DNA of 34,193 bases from an uncultured Candidatus Saccharibacteria bacterium. GTDB lineage: Bacteria > Patescibacteriota > Saccharimonadia > Saccharimonadales > AWTP1-31. The DNA is taken from the NCBI GenBank assembly GCA_964494545.1, contig CAZBRN010000001.1, forward strand, positions 1 through 34,193. Reading direction: 5' to 3'. Under the pieces are notes generated by a model, which was not told the DNA's origin, did not search any database, and saw only the letters and a list, made by a program, of their open reading frames with translations. A program made the translations under genes and the position numbers. Positions 26,413-34,193 of the stretch are shown one piece after another. Numbering within the stretch: position 1 is the first letter of the stretch; each line of letters starts with the position of its first letter.

Positions 26413-27681
26413 TCAAGAAGATTGGTCGTCTTTATTTGATCGTCTATTCTTAAGTCGTCGTAAAAATGAAGGTTTTTCGAGTTCATCTTCTTCGATTGCA
26501 GGTTGATTGTCTGACTCATCGTTATTTTCTTCATCGTCGTGATCAATAGACCAAATATTAGGTATTGCGGGCTCACTATGAAAATCGTGACTTTCACTAT
26601 TCTCACTTGCTGGCTCGTTAAGGTTCATGTCAATATTCGAAACGTCTTCAGACTCAACATTCTTTTGAGAAGAATCTGTTTGTTTTGCATTATCTAATGC
26701 TACTTTCTGCGTCTGTTTCGTGAAGTATGTAGCGTCAAATCCGGTAGCGACGACGGTTACGATAAGTTCGCCGACGATATCAGGGTTGATAGTTGCACCA
26801 AAAATAATATTGGCATCTGGATCGGCGGCAGCTGTTATAGTCTCAGCGGCGGTGTTAATTTCGTGCATCGAAATATCATTACCACCAATAATATTAAATA
26901 GAACTCCACGAGCCCCATCTATAGATACTTCAAGTAGTGGAGATTCAATTGCTTGCTGAGCGGCTTGAATGGCGCGGTTATCGCCACTTGCTCGTCCAAT
27001 ACCCATTAATGCCGTCCCGGCATTGCTCATTACTGTTTTAACATCTGCGAAGTCAAGGTTAATAAGACCATGAACGGTAATGAGGTCAGATATTCCTTGA
27101 ACACCCTGCCGGAGAACATCATCAGCTACTTTAAAAGCTTCTAAAAGTGGTGTCTGTCTATCGATCGTTTGAAGAAGTCTGTCGTTCGGGATGATGATTA
27201 GGGTGTCGACACTTCCTCGCAGATTATCAATAGCTGTTTCTGCATTTTTTCGTCTTCGTTCACCTTCAAATGCGAATGGTTTTGTAGCAAAAGCAACGAC
27301 TAGAATATCGAGTTCTTTAGCTACTTCGGCTACGATATGACCAGCGCCACTTCCCGTTCCGCCTCCCGCACCAAGCGTTATAAATACCATATCGGCACCT
27401 TCAATGGCTTTCTTTATATCATCACGAGACTCTATAGCCGCTTTTTCACCAATACTCGGGTCTGCGCCTGCGCCCAAACCTCTAGTTGTGTCTTTTCCTA
27501 TGTGTATTTTGGTGGATGCCTTAGAGAAATGAAGAGCTTGAGCATCTGTATTGACGACGATAAATTCTACGCCATCTACGCCAGATTCAATCATACGATT
27601 AACCGCCGCACCACCGGCACCACCGACTCCAACGACTTTAATTCTTGCAAATGTTTCTATGACGGGAGCGACTTGTGGCAT
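26413..27681 (-). CDS. ftsZ: cell division protein FtsZ
   Basis: GGGTGSGA tubulin signature; conserved C-terminal peptide [12 protein letters not shown]. Start set at ATG 27681 ([23 protein letters not shown]), which has AAGGAA 6 nt upstream; the 24 extra codons in the ORF track overlap the promoter. Confidence 0.95.
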   Translation of the reverse strand: MPQVAPVIETFARIKVVGVGGAGGAAVNRMIESGVDGVEFIVVNTDAQALHFSKASTKIHIGKDTTRGLGAGADPSIGEKAAIESRDDIKKAIEGADMVFITLGAGGGTGSGAGHIVAEVAKELDILVVAFATKPFAFEGERRRKNAETAIDNLRGSVDTLIIIPNDRLLQTIDRQTPLLEAFKVADDVLRQGVQGISDLITVHGLINLDFADVKTVMSNAGTALMGIGRASGDNRAIQAAQQAIESPLLEVSIDGARGVLFNIIGGNDISMHEINTAAETITAAADPDANIIFGATINPDIVGELIVTVVATGFDATYFTKQTQKVALDNAKQTDSSQKNVESEDVSNIDMNLNEPASENSESHDFHSEPAIPNIWSIDHDDEENNDESDNQPAIEEDELEKPSFLRRLKNRRSNKDDQSS

Positions 27682-27717
27682 TGTATATTCCTTGAACTCA
27701 TTCTTTATTACATCAAA

Positions 27718-27746
27718 AGTATACTTCAATATACCAAGTCTATCAA
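27718..27746 (-). promoter_or_regulatory. ftsZ promoter
   Basis: Minus strand TTGATA (27746..27741)-17 nt-TATACT (27723..27718); leader of about 30 nt with an SD. Confidence 0.55.
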
Positions 27747-27809
27747 TGAACAACTAATGAATGCCGGAAATATTTTTATAAAATATAAGGGCTAATAATT
27801 GTATGCGAG

Positions 27810-29045
27810 TTACTTACGAAAACGTTTCATCATACTATCGAATAGACCCGAGATATCTAGTACCGATTTGTTCAGATTTTCTGGCTCGTTTGCACCACCT
27901 AAAAGCATATCTAGCTGCATTAAGCCAACTGCACTAAAAGATGATGGATCCTGAATTGAGTCCATTATTCCTGCGATGGGTTGCAATTTCCCTATTCGAG
28001 CAGCAAGTTCAAGTTTATCTTTCGCAAAATCTGCTAATCCAGGTATTTTCGCTGTACCACCCACTATGACGACACCACCAGGGAGTTTACGTGATCGCTG
28101 AATCCTTTTTAGTTCTTTATCTACATACTCAAGCAATTCCTCAACACGAGCCTCAATTATCATGTGTACTTCTTCAGCATCAAATTCATGCCTGTTTTTC
28201 TGAACTATTACCGATATAGGTCCATTTTTCGAAAACTTACCCAGTCCTCCGTGTTGTATTTTAACTGCTTCTGCAATATCGAGATCTGTTTTAAGCCCGA
28301 TTGCTAAATCGTTTGTTATATTCATACCACCAATAGGCAGAACAGCAACGTGTTGCACTTCACCCTCTTCGAGAACGCACAGATTCGTGGTTCCTTGGCC
28401 AATATCAATGAGGACTGTACCTGATTCTTTTTGTTGTCGAGTTAAGACAACTTCTGCGGCAGCAAGGCTTGATATCGTATGATGAGATGCTCGCACGTTT
28501 GCTTTTTCAAGCACCATGTCTAGATTACGAAGTGCCGGGCTGGAGGCTGTAACAATATGAGTATCAACTTCGAGCCGAACACCCTGCATACCAACCGGAT
28601 CCTTTATATTATCGTGGCCGTCTAAGCGATAGTTCTTGGCAAATACCTGTATAATCTCACGATTTGGAGGAAGTTTTACTATCGTTGCTGCTTCTTCTAC
28701 TCTCAATCGGTCTTCTACTGTAATTTCACGATTACCTGCACTTATAGCAATCACACCCCGAGAATTAGTCCCAAACACCTGCGCCCCATTGACATTGATA
28801 GTTGCTGAACCAACATGCACGCCCGAAACTCTCTCAGCTTCTGTTATTGCTTGAATTATCGAATCAACTACATCATCTATTCGCACTACCACGCCTTTTC
28901 TCATACCAGTATTTGGCGCGCTACCAAAACCGATCACCGAGAGAATACTCGTTTCTTCTTGATTCTCTACTGAACCAATGACACAGCGTACGGTACCGCT
29001 GCCAATATCAATTCCTATATAGTATTGTGAGTTTTGTTCACGCAT
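27810..29045 (-). CDS. ftsA: cell division protein FtsA
   Basis: 411 aa; actin-like ATPase motifs YIGIDIGSGTVRC, LIDIGQGTTN, VVIVGGTAKIPG; immediately upstream of ftsZ. Confidence 0.93.
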   Translation of the reverse strand: MREQNSQYYIGIDIGSGTVRCVIGSVENQEETSILSVIGFGSAPNTGMRKGVVVRIDDVVDSIIQAITEAERVSGVHVGSATINVNGAQVFGTNSRGVIAISAGNREITVEDRLRVEEAATIVKLPPNREIIQVFAKNYRLDGHDNIKDPVGMQGVRLEVDTHIVTASSPALRNLDMVLEKANVRASHHTISSLAAAEVVLTRQQKESGTVLIDIGQGTTNLCVLEEGEVQHVAVLPIGGMNITNDLAIGLKTDLDIAEAVKIQHGGLGKFSKNGPISVIVQKNRHEFDAEEVHMIIEARVEELLEYVDKELKRIQRSRKLPGGVVIVGGTAKIPGLADFAKDKLELAARIGKLQPIAGIMDSIQDPSSFSAVGLMQLDMLLGGANEPENLNKSVLDISGLFDSMMKRFRK

Positions 29046-29052
29046 AGTAGAA

Positions 29053-29081
29053 AGTATACCGCTTGTGTATTGTACTCACAA
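29053..29081 (-). promoter_or_regulatory. ftsA promoter (leaderless geometry)
   Basis: Minus strand TTGTGA (29081..29076)-17 nt-TATACT (29058..29053)-TTCTACT-ATG; no SD. Confidence 0.55.
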
Positions 29082-29089
29082 GAATTCTA

Positions 29090-29842
29090 TTATTTTGTGA
29101 GGATTTCGTAGCCATCATCAGTGATCAAAATTGTGTGTTCAAAATGAGCAGAATCAGATCTATCTTTTGTTCGTATAGTCCAACCATCATTATCAGTAAT
29201 TACTCCATACCCACCTATTGTTGCCATAGGTTCGATTGCGATAGTCATACCAGCTTGTAGGGTCATCCCCATACCCGCTCTGCCATAGTTCGGGATGTTT
29301 GGTTCTTCGTGTAATTCATGCCCAACCCCGTGGCCTACAAGGTCACGGACGATACCATAATGATGTTTATTTAACACTTTTTCGATCGCATTAGATATAG
29401 TCCCGACTCTCACCCCATCACGAAGTGTTTCGATTCCAGCAAGTAATGATTCTTCGGTCACAGACACTAGTTTAGATCGAGCAGATTTATTTGTTGTCCC
29501 AACGACAACACTTATTGCTGCATCAGTGATCATTCCATCATACTTAACACCAAAGTCCATACTCACTATATCGCCCTCTTGTATGATTTTTGTCCTTTGT
29601 GGGATACCGTGAACCACCTCGTCATTCAGGGAGATACATAGAACATCAGGGAATCCGTACATGCCCAAGAATGCTGGTTTCCCACCGATTTTAGTTAATT
29701 CTGCGCCAGCAATATCTGCCACATCTTTTGTACTCATCCCGGCTACGACCGAAGCTCTGAGGTGACGTAAGACATGCCCTAGCCTTTTACCACTCTCACG
29801 CATAGCTTCAATTTCGCTTTTAGTTTTTACTCTTGTGAGCAT
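29090..29842 (-). CDS. map: type I methionyl aminopeptidase
   Basis: 250 aa; metal-ligand contexts VHGIP, VSMDFG, ITDAA, VGHGVGHELHEEP, IEPM, FEHT. Confidence 0.95.
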   Translation of the reverse strand: MLTRVKTKSEIEAMRESGKRLGHVLRHLRASVVAGMSTKDVADIAGAELTKIGGKPAFLGMYGFPDVLCISLNDEVVHGIPQRTKIIQEGDIVSMDFGVKYDGMITDAAISVVVGTTNKSARSKLVSVTEESLLAGIETLRDGVRVGTISNAIEKVLNKHHYGIVRDLVGHGVGHELHEEPNIPNYGRAGMGMTLQAGMTIAIEPMATIGGYGVITDNDGWTIRTKDRSDSAHFEHTILITDDGYEILTK

Positions 29843-29844
29843 CG

Positions 29845-30387
29845 TTACGCCTTATCTGTCTTCAGTGCTGATAATATTGCAGCTTGTACTTCTTTAATTG
29901 GTTTAGACCCGTCAATATCGTGTATGGGGATCCCAGCTTCAGTAAAATGCTTAAGAATTGGTTTTGCTGCTTGTTCGTACTCGCTTAACCTCTCGGCAAT
30001 AGCAGTTAGTGTGTCATCTGGCCGACCTCGAGACAATAACCTTTCGTGAACTGCTTCTTTCGACACAACGAGGTGTATCACGGCAGTAGCATGGAGTTGT
30101 CCGTGTTTAACTTGGCCGATAAGCCAATCAGCTTGCGCAGTTGTCCTCGGGAAACCGTCCAAAATAAATTCTTTGCTTGGATCAATTATGGTAAAGATAC
30201 GCTGCACCAGCGTAATGATCTCATTATCTGAGAGTAGTTTGCCTGCTATCATATCTTTTCGGCGATCGCCTGAAACTAACATACGCAAAAATTCTCCTGT
30301 CGATAACCATGGCAGAGCCAACTCGTCTGCCAAAATTCTACCTTGAACACTCTTGCCGGAGCCTGCTACTCCCATAAATATAATCAT
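29845..30387 (-). CDS. adk: adenylate kinase (short-lid type)
   Basis: 180 aa; P-loop GVAGSGKS, adenylate kinase signature FILDGFPRTTAQA, short lid LLSRGRPDDT. Confidence 0.85.
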   Translation of the reverse strand: MIIFMGVAGSGKSVQGRILADELALPWLSTGEFLRMLVSGDRRKDMIAGKLLSDNEIITLVQRIFTIIDPSKEFILDGFPRTTAQADWLIGQVKHGQLHATAVIHLVVSKEAVHERLLSRGRPDDTLTAIAERLSEYEQAAKPILKHFTEAGIPIHDIDGSKPIKEVQAAILSALKTDKA

Positions 30388-30839
30388 TGCTGAATCCTAT
30401 TTTTTACCAGTTTCGCTATCACTGCGCTATCCGCGGTAGCTCCACATGCATTTTTTACAGCACCAATAATCTGACCGAAGTCTTTTATTGAAACTTCACT
30501 CCGTCTTTTAAACTCTGCTTCAACATATACTTCTATATCAGCCTCGGTCATTTGCTCTGGAAGATACCTATCGATAACCATCTTCTCCATTTCCTCCGCT
30601 TCAGCCATTGCTACGTTTCCACCCTGACGATACAGCTGGGCGCTTTCGATTCGCTTCTTTGACTCTTTTTGCATAAGACTTATTACCGCTTCATTAGCGA
30701 GACCTTTTTCACGCTCACCTGCAGCTACTTCCGCATACAAAATCACGCTCTTTAATCCCCTTAATGTCGTAACAAGTACTTTGTCGCCCGTCAACATAGC
30801 TTTTTTTATGTCAGACTCTAATTGTTGTTTAATATCCAT
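30384..30839 (-). CDS. GatB/YqeY domain-containing protein
   Basis: 151 aa; LESDIKKAMLTGDK...TLRGLKSV...YLPEQMTEADI is typical of the YqeY family; downstream of rpsU, as in Firmicutes. Confidence 0.85.
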   Translation of the reverse strand: MDIKQQLESDIKKAMLTGDKVLVTTLRGLKSVILYAEVAAGEREKGLANEAVISLMQKESKKRIESAQLYRQGGNVAMAEAEEMEKMVIDRYLPEQMTEADIEVYVEAEFKRRSEVSIKDFGQIIGAVKNACGATADSAVIAKLVKNRIQQ

Positions 30840-30903
30840 ATACGGGTAGTGTAACAGATGATACGGGTTTTTTCATCTATCTAGCCGAGGTACGAATAAA
30901 ATT

Positions 30904-30929
30904 AAAAACCCAGTGGGTACTGGGTTTTT
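30904..30929 (-). terminator. bidirectional-looking rho-independent terminator after rpsU
   Basis: AAAAA-ACCCAGT-GGGT-ACTGGGT-TTTTT: 7-bp stem, 4-nt loop, A5 and T5 flanks. Confidence 0.75.
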
Positions 30930-30947
30930 AGCTGTATGCTTAAAATA

Positions 30948-31163
30948 TTATTTTATGCCTAGTTTGAGTTTTTGCACTTTTACTGCTTTTCGTTCTTTGC
31001 GAACAATAGCCTTTTTTCGTCTTTCAGTTTTGCTGATCGGCTTTTCGAAATACTGTGCCTGCTTGGCGATAGCGAGAGCGCCAGATTGTTGCACTTTTCG
31101 GTTAAAGCGACGTAATAGGTTTTCGAACGATTCTTTTGAATCTTTGCGTGTTACTTGAATCAT
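30948..31163 (-). CDS. rpsU: 30S ribosomal protein S21
   Basis: 71 aa, very basic; SKESFENLLRRFNRKVQQSG...ERRKKA matches the S21 pattern. Confidence 0.93.
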   Translation of the reverse strand: MIQVTRKDSKESFENLLRRFNRKVQQSGALAIAKQAQYFEKPISKTERRKKAIVRKERKAVKVQKLKLGIK

Positions 31164-31170
31164 AGATGAA

Positions 31171-31199
31171 ATTATACGCTAACAGGGAGAATTCTGCAA
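31171..31199 (-). promoter_or_regulatory. rpsU promoter (leaderless geometry)
   Basis: Minus strand TTGCAG (31199..31194)-17 nt-TATAAT (31176..31171)-TTCATCT-ATG; no SD. Confidence 0.6.
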
Positions 31200-31218
31200 G
31201 CATTTTGGTTTTTAATGG

Positions 31219-31506
31219 CTATTGGCCAGTCTTTTTCTGGTTCAAGCGTTGAGATTTTAAGACAATACTTTGCAATTCTTTAAAGATAGCAAAATGCTTG
31301 TTCGTGTGATAAATTTTTGTATTTCCCTGTTTTTCAGAAATTAAAAATCCGATTTTCTCTAAACGTTTTAATTCACGCTGAATATTACCGGCATCTTCCT
31401 TGATTAACTTTGCCAAACCACGAACATGCGTTTTAAAATCCGGGTACTTGGCGTACACGACAATGATTTTCCGGCGAACTCTTGAGGTTATAAATACATC
31501 TAACAT
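31219..31506 (-). CDS. winged helix-turn-helix (ArsR-like) DNA-binding protein
   Basis: 95 aa; SRVRRKIIVVY...VRGLAKLIKEDAGNIQRELKRLEKIGFLISEKQGNTKIY fits the wHTH helix-turn-helix plus wing pattern. Confidence 0.6.
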   Translation of the reverse strand: MLDVFITSRVRRKIIVVYAKYPDFKTHVRGLAKLIKEDAGNIQRELKRLEKIGFLISEKQGNTKIYHTNKHFAIFKELQSIVLKSQRLNQKKTGQ

Positions 31507-31542
31507 AAGCGTCTATATTGTTATTCAAACAACGTAGTAGAA

Positions 31543-31571
31543 AGTATATATGCTCTTATGTAAGATTTCAA
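31543..31571 (-). promoter_or_regulatory. promoter of the wHTH gene
   Basis: Minus strand TTGAAA (31571..31566)-17 nt-TATACT (31548..31543). It lies inside the first codons of the long priA ORF in the track. Confidence 0.55.
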
Positions 31572-31603
31572 GTTATCCACGGTTTTATCTATATAATAGC
31601 ATT

Positions 31604-33547
31604 GTGAAGTACTATCAAGCACACGTAACAAACAACGCATACCATGGGAAAGAGCCGCTCACCTATAGTAGTATCGACACTTTTGAGACGGGAAGTATTG
31701 TGCTAGTCCCCTTAAAGAATATTTTTTCACCGGCGATTGTGGTTAAAGAAGTAGCAAAACCTCACTTCGCTACTAAAAACATTGTCCGGAAACTCGTACC
31801 GTTACCGCTACCAAAAGCCTGTCTTCTCTTACTAGATTGGCTACAAACGTACTACCCATCACCTTCGAGTATTGCTTCAGCGTTATTTGTGCCATCTGGT
31901 TTACTGCCTACAAAGTTGAATGTACCAGAACCAAATGAACGACGCAGTACTGGCCAAATTGAGACACTCCCTCCTCTGTCAAAAGAACAGAATGCAGTCT
32001 TGAATCAGATCAGACATTCCAAAAATCAAACATACATGCTACACGGAGAAACAGGCTCAGGCAAAACTCGTGTATACGCCGAACTTGCAATTGAAGCCAT
32101 AGATTCAGGTTCAAATGTAATAATTCTCACCCCCGAAATTGGCTTAACGCCCCAGATGCTATTAAACCTTCAACGGAGTATTACAGCACCAATAATCGTG
32201 CTTCATTCAAATCTAACCCAAAAAGACCGAAGAACGATATGGCTACAAATACTTTCTGCCGACGAGCCGCTCGTTATAGTTGGTCCACGATCTGCCTTGT
32301 TTGCGCCCCTTTCAAATGTCGGATTGATCGTATTAGATGAGTTTCATGATCATGCGTACAAACAAGAGCAAAGTCCCTATTATTCGAGTATCCGAGTTGC
32401 CTCTATGCTCGCAAGCATTCATGGAGCAAGATTAATTCTTGGGTCAGCAACTCCTTCAATTGCCGAATACTACATTGCAAAGCAAAAAAATATACCAATT
32501 CTACGAATGAAGCAGCTCGCGAGTGGCAAGAGAGCCGATACGCGTATCAAAGTCATTAATTCTAGAGACAAAAAGGCATATAATCTTAATCCGTATCTTT
32601 CAGATGAATTAATCACTTCTATCGAGCAAGCACTTGGAAGGCATGAACAATCACTTGTTTTCTTGAACAGGAGAGGAACGGCACGATTGGTTTTGTGCCA
32701 AGATTGCGACTGGCATGCACTTTGTCCGTCATGTGATTTACCCCTAACATATCACGGTGACACACATACAATGCGCTGCCATACTTGCGGCTTCAAACAA
32801 CCGTCAGTCGTAAACTGCCCTGCTTGCGGAAGCTCTGAGATCATCTTTCGAAGTATTGGTACGAAATCAATAGCCCAGCAACTTAGTAAAATATTTCCCG
32901 ATGCAGTCATTAAGAGATTCGATACTGATAATACAAAAATCGAACGTTTTGATCAGAATTACCAGTCGGTAGCCGATGGGAAGGTAGAAATAATAGTCGG
33001 AACCCAAATGCTCGTCAAAGGGCTTGATCTTCCCAAACTCAGCGTCGTGGGAGTAGTAGCTGCAGATAGTAGTCTTTATTTCCCCGATTACACTGCCGAG
33101 GAGCAGACATATCAAATCCTATCTCAGGTTATCGGACGTGTAGGTCGCGGCCATACCGGTGGGACGGTAATAGTCCAAACCTATGCTCCTAATGGAGCAG
33201 CGCAAATGGCCGCACTTCAAAAAAACTGGTCACTATTCTATGATCAACAAATTTTAGAGCGACAGCAATATATGTTCCCGCCATTTTGCCATCTACTCAA
33301 ACTGACATGTGCACGAAAAACACAAAAAAGCGCAATCTTAGCATCAAATACGCTTACAAAATATCTAAAATCCCTCACAATTCGCGCAGAGATTATCGGC
33401 CCAACACCACGCTTCAACGAAAAGGCTGCAGGCTCATTCAATTGGCAAGTAATCGTTAAGTCTAAGCAGCGTACAGATCTAGTAAAAATTCTTGCTTCAC
33501 TCCCTTCTGGCTGGAGCTACGATATCGATCCGACTAATCTCCTGTAA
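31604..33547 (+). CDS. priA: primosomal protein N' (replication restart helicase PriA). Start uncertain: GTG 31604 preferred over ATG 31550.
   Basis: Walker A GETGSGKT, DEFHD (DExH), Cys-rich zinc region CQDCDW..CPSCD...CHTCG...CPACGS. TATAAT (31592..31597) sits 6 nt before GTG 31604. The N-terminus then reads MKYYQAHV...PLTY, like other PriA proteins. Confidence 0.9.
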   Translation: MKYYQAHVTNNAYHGKEPLTYSSIDTFETGSIVLVPLKNIFSPAIVVKEVAKPHFATKNIVRKLVPLPLPKACLLLLDWLQTYYPSPSSIASALFVPSGLLPTKLNVPEPNERRSTGQIETLPPLSKEQNAVLNQIRHSKNQTYMLHGETGSGKTRVYAELAIEAIDSGSNVIILTPEIGLTPQMLLNLQRSITAPIIVLHSNLTQKDRRTIWLQILSADEPLVIVGPRSALFAPLSNVGLIVLDEFHDHAYKQEQSPYYSSIRVASMLASIHGARLILGSATPSIAEYYIAKQKNIPILRMKQLASGKRADTRIKVINSRDKKAYNLNPYLSDELITSIEQALGRHEQSLVFLNRRGTARLVLCQDCDWHALCPSCDLPLTYHGDTHTMRCHTCGFKQPSVVNCPACGSSEIIFRSIGTKSIAQQLSKIFPDAVIKRFDTDNTKIERFDQNYQSVADGKVEIIVGTQMLVKGLDLPKLSVVGVVAADSSLYFPDYTAEEQTYQILSQVIGRVGRGHTGGTVIVQTYAPNGAAQMAALQKNWSLFYDQQILERQQYMFPPFCHLLKLTCARKTQKSAILASNTLTKYLKSLTIRAEIIGPTPRFNEKAAGSFNWQVIVKSKQRTDLVKILASLPSGWSYDIDPTNLL

Positions 33548-33585
33548 GTTCATACAAAAGGCTATCTCGCCTCTGCTGAGTCATC

Positions 33586-33594
33586 TGTTATACT
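33586..33594 (+). promoter_or_regulatory. extended -10 promoter TGtTATACT 8 nt upstream of the def ATG
   Basis: TGTTATACT-GTACTGAT-ATG; no SD. Confidence 0.5.
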
Positions 33595-33602
33595 GTACTG
33601 AT

Positions 33603-34184
33603 ATGGCTAAAGATAAAGATTCGATCATCACACTTCCTCACCCCCATTTACGACAACGTTCAAAGCGAGTCGGTATCATTACTGATGCTACCCGAAAGAT
33701 TATTAATGACATGGAACTTGCAGTTATCGATTGGGATAAAAGTCGAGATCACGAAGTTACCGTTGCTCTTGCAGCGATTCAGATAGATGAATTACTTCGC
33801 ATCGTAATCGTGCGTGATGATTTTGACCATGGCACACCTGCAAAATACACTCCTCTTATTAACCCAGAAATAACTAAATACGAAGGTAAGATTGAGTTTG
33901 ACTATGAAGGTTGTCTTAGTATTAGATCTGTTTACGGATATGTTCCCCGTTATTCAAAAATACGCGTCAAAGCACTTGACCTTGAGGGGAAAGAGATACG
34001 ATTCAATGCAACAGGGTTTCTAAGCAGAGTTATCCAACACGAAGTAGATCACACAAATGGCAAATTATTTGTAGATCACATCAAAGATGAGCCCGACGCA
34101 TTTTACGAATTAACAGATAAAGGCGAGCTTGAGGCGCTAGACTATGAATCAAAAATCAAAAACAGTCGTATTCTTTGGCAATGA
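33603..34184 (+). CDS. def: peptide deformylase
   Basis: Motif 2 YEGCLSI and motif 3 QHEVDH; motif 1 is divergent (VALAAIQ instead of GxGLAAxQ). Start set at ATG 33603 (MAKDKDSIITLPHP); the upstream 37 codons of the ORF track overlap the priA 3' end. Confidence 0.93.
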   Translation: MAKDKDSIITLPHPHLRQRSKRVGIITDATRKIINDMELAVIDWDKSRDHEVTVALAAIQIDELLRIVIVRDDFDHGTPAKYTPLINPEITKYEGKIEFDYEGCLSIRSVYGYVPRYSKIRVKALDLEGKEIRFNATGFLSRVIQHEVDHTNGKLFVDHIKDEPDAFYELTDKGELEALDYESKIKNSRILWQ

Positions 34185-34193
34185 ACAACTAGC

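Noticed and set aside
31573-31581. A DnaA-box-like TTATCCACG (8 of 9 match to TTATCCACA) between the wHTH gene and priA.
   Set aside because: It is a single copy. Several one-mismatch 9-mers are expected by chance in 34 kb. There is no cluster and no AT-rich unwinding element, so there is no evidence for an origin.
34181-34193. An ATG overlapping the def stop (ATGA) that might start the next gene (fmt is the usual neighbour).
   Set aside because: That frame hits TAG after three codons (ATG AAC AAC TAG), so it is not a gene start. Too little sequence remains to call anything.
1-34193. A search for CRISPR repeats, IS or transposon ends, integrases, prophage genes, toxin-antitoxin pairs, defence systems, tRNA genes and rRNA genes.
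   Set aside because: No regularly spaced direct repeats, no long inverted repeats flanking genes, no recombinase-like ORFs and no tRNA-like T-loop/cloverleaf candidates were seen in any intergenic gap of 75 bp or more. The window appears to be core chromosome.

Overview
This window is a densely packed, mostly minus-strand block of core housekeeping genes from a small-genome, monoderm-like bacterium. A sortase is present, and TAA, TAG and TGA are all used as ordinary stops. I call 36 protein genes:
- **Translation:** lysK, proS, ileS, tsf, frr, prfA, prmC, rpsB, rpmE, rplU, rpsU, map, def.
- **Division and segregation:** ftsA, ftsZ, parA, parB.
- **Envelope and proteolysis:** sortase, rseP, a CPBP protease, an HtrA-like protease, lepB, uppS, a MacB-type ABC pair.
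- **Nucleotides:** nrdR, nrdJ, adk.
- **Replication restart:** priA.
- **Others:** a few small or uncharacterised proteins.

The gene order rpsB-tsf-frr-uppS-rseP-(CPBP)-proS resembles Firmicutes synteny but lacks pyrH, cdsA and dxr. Together with a class I LysRS, a eukaryote-like IleRS and a short EF-Ts, this would fit a reduced Patescibacteria/Saccharibacteria-like genome. That placement is inference only.

I found no rRNA, tRNA, CRISPR array, transposase, integrase or recognisable defence or toxin module, and I do not see a multi-gene novel system here. The points worth a second look are regulatory or anomalous:
1. A T-box-like leader lies upstream of ileS, with its UGGUACC-bulged antiterminator-like element nested inside the terminator stem.
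2. proS is interrupted by one in-frame TAA immediately before class II motif 3.
3. A -10 hexamer sits 6-8 nt upstream of about a dozen start codons that lack an SD, which suggests widespread leaderless mRNAs.
4. Tandem NrdR-box-like operators overlap the nrdR promoter.

Several lower-interest items are also listed.
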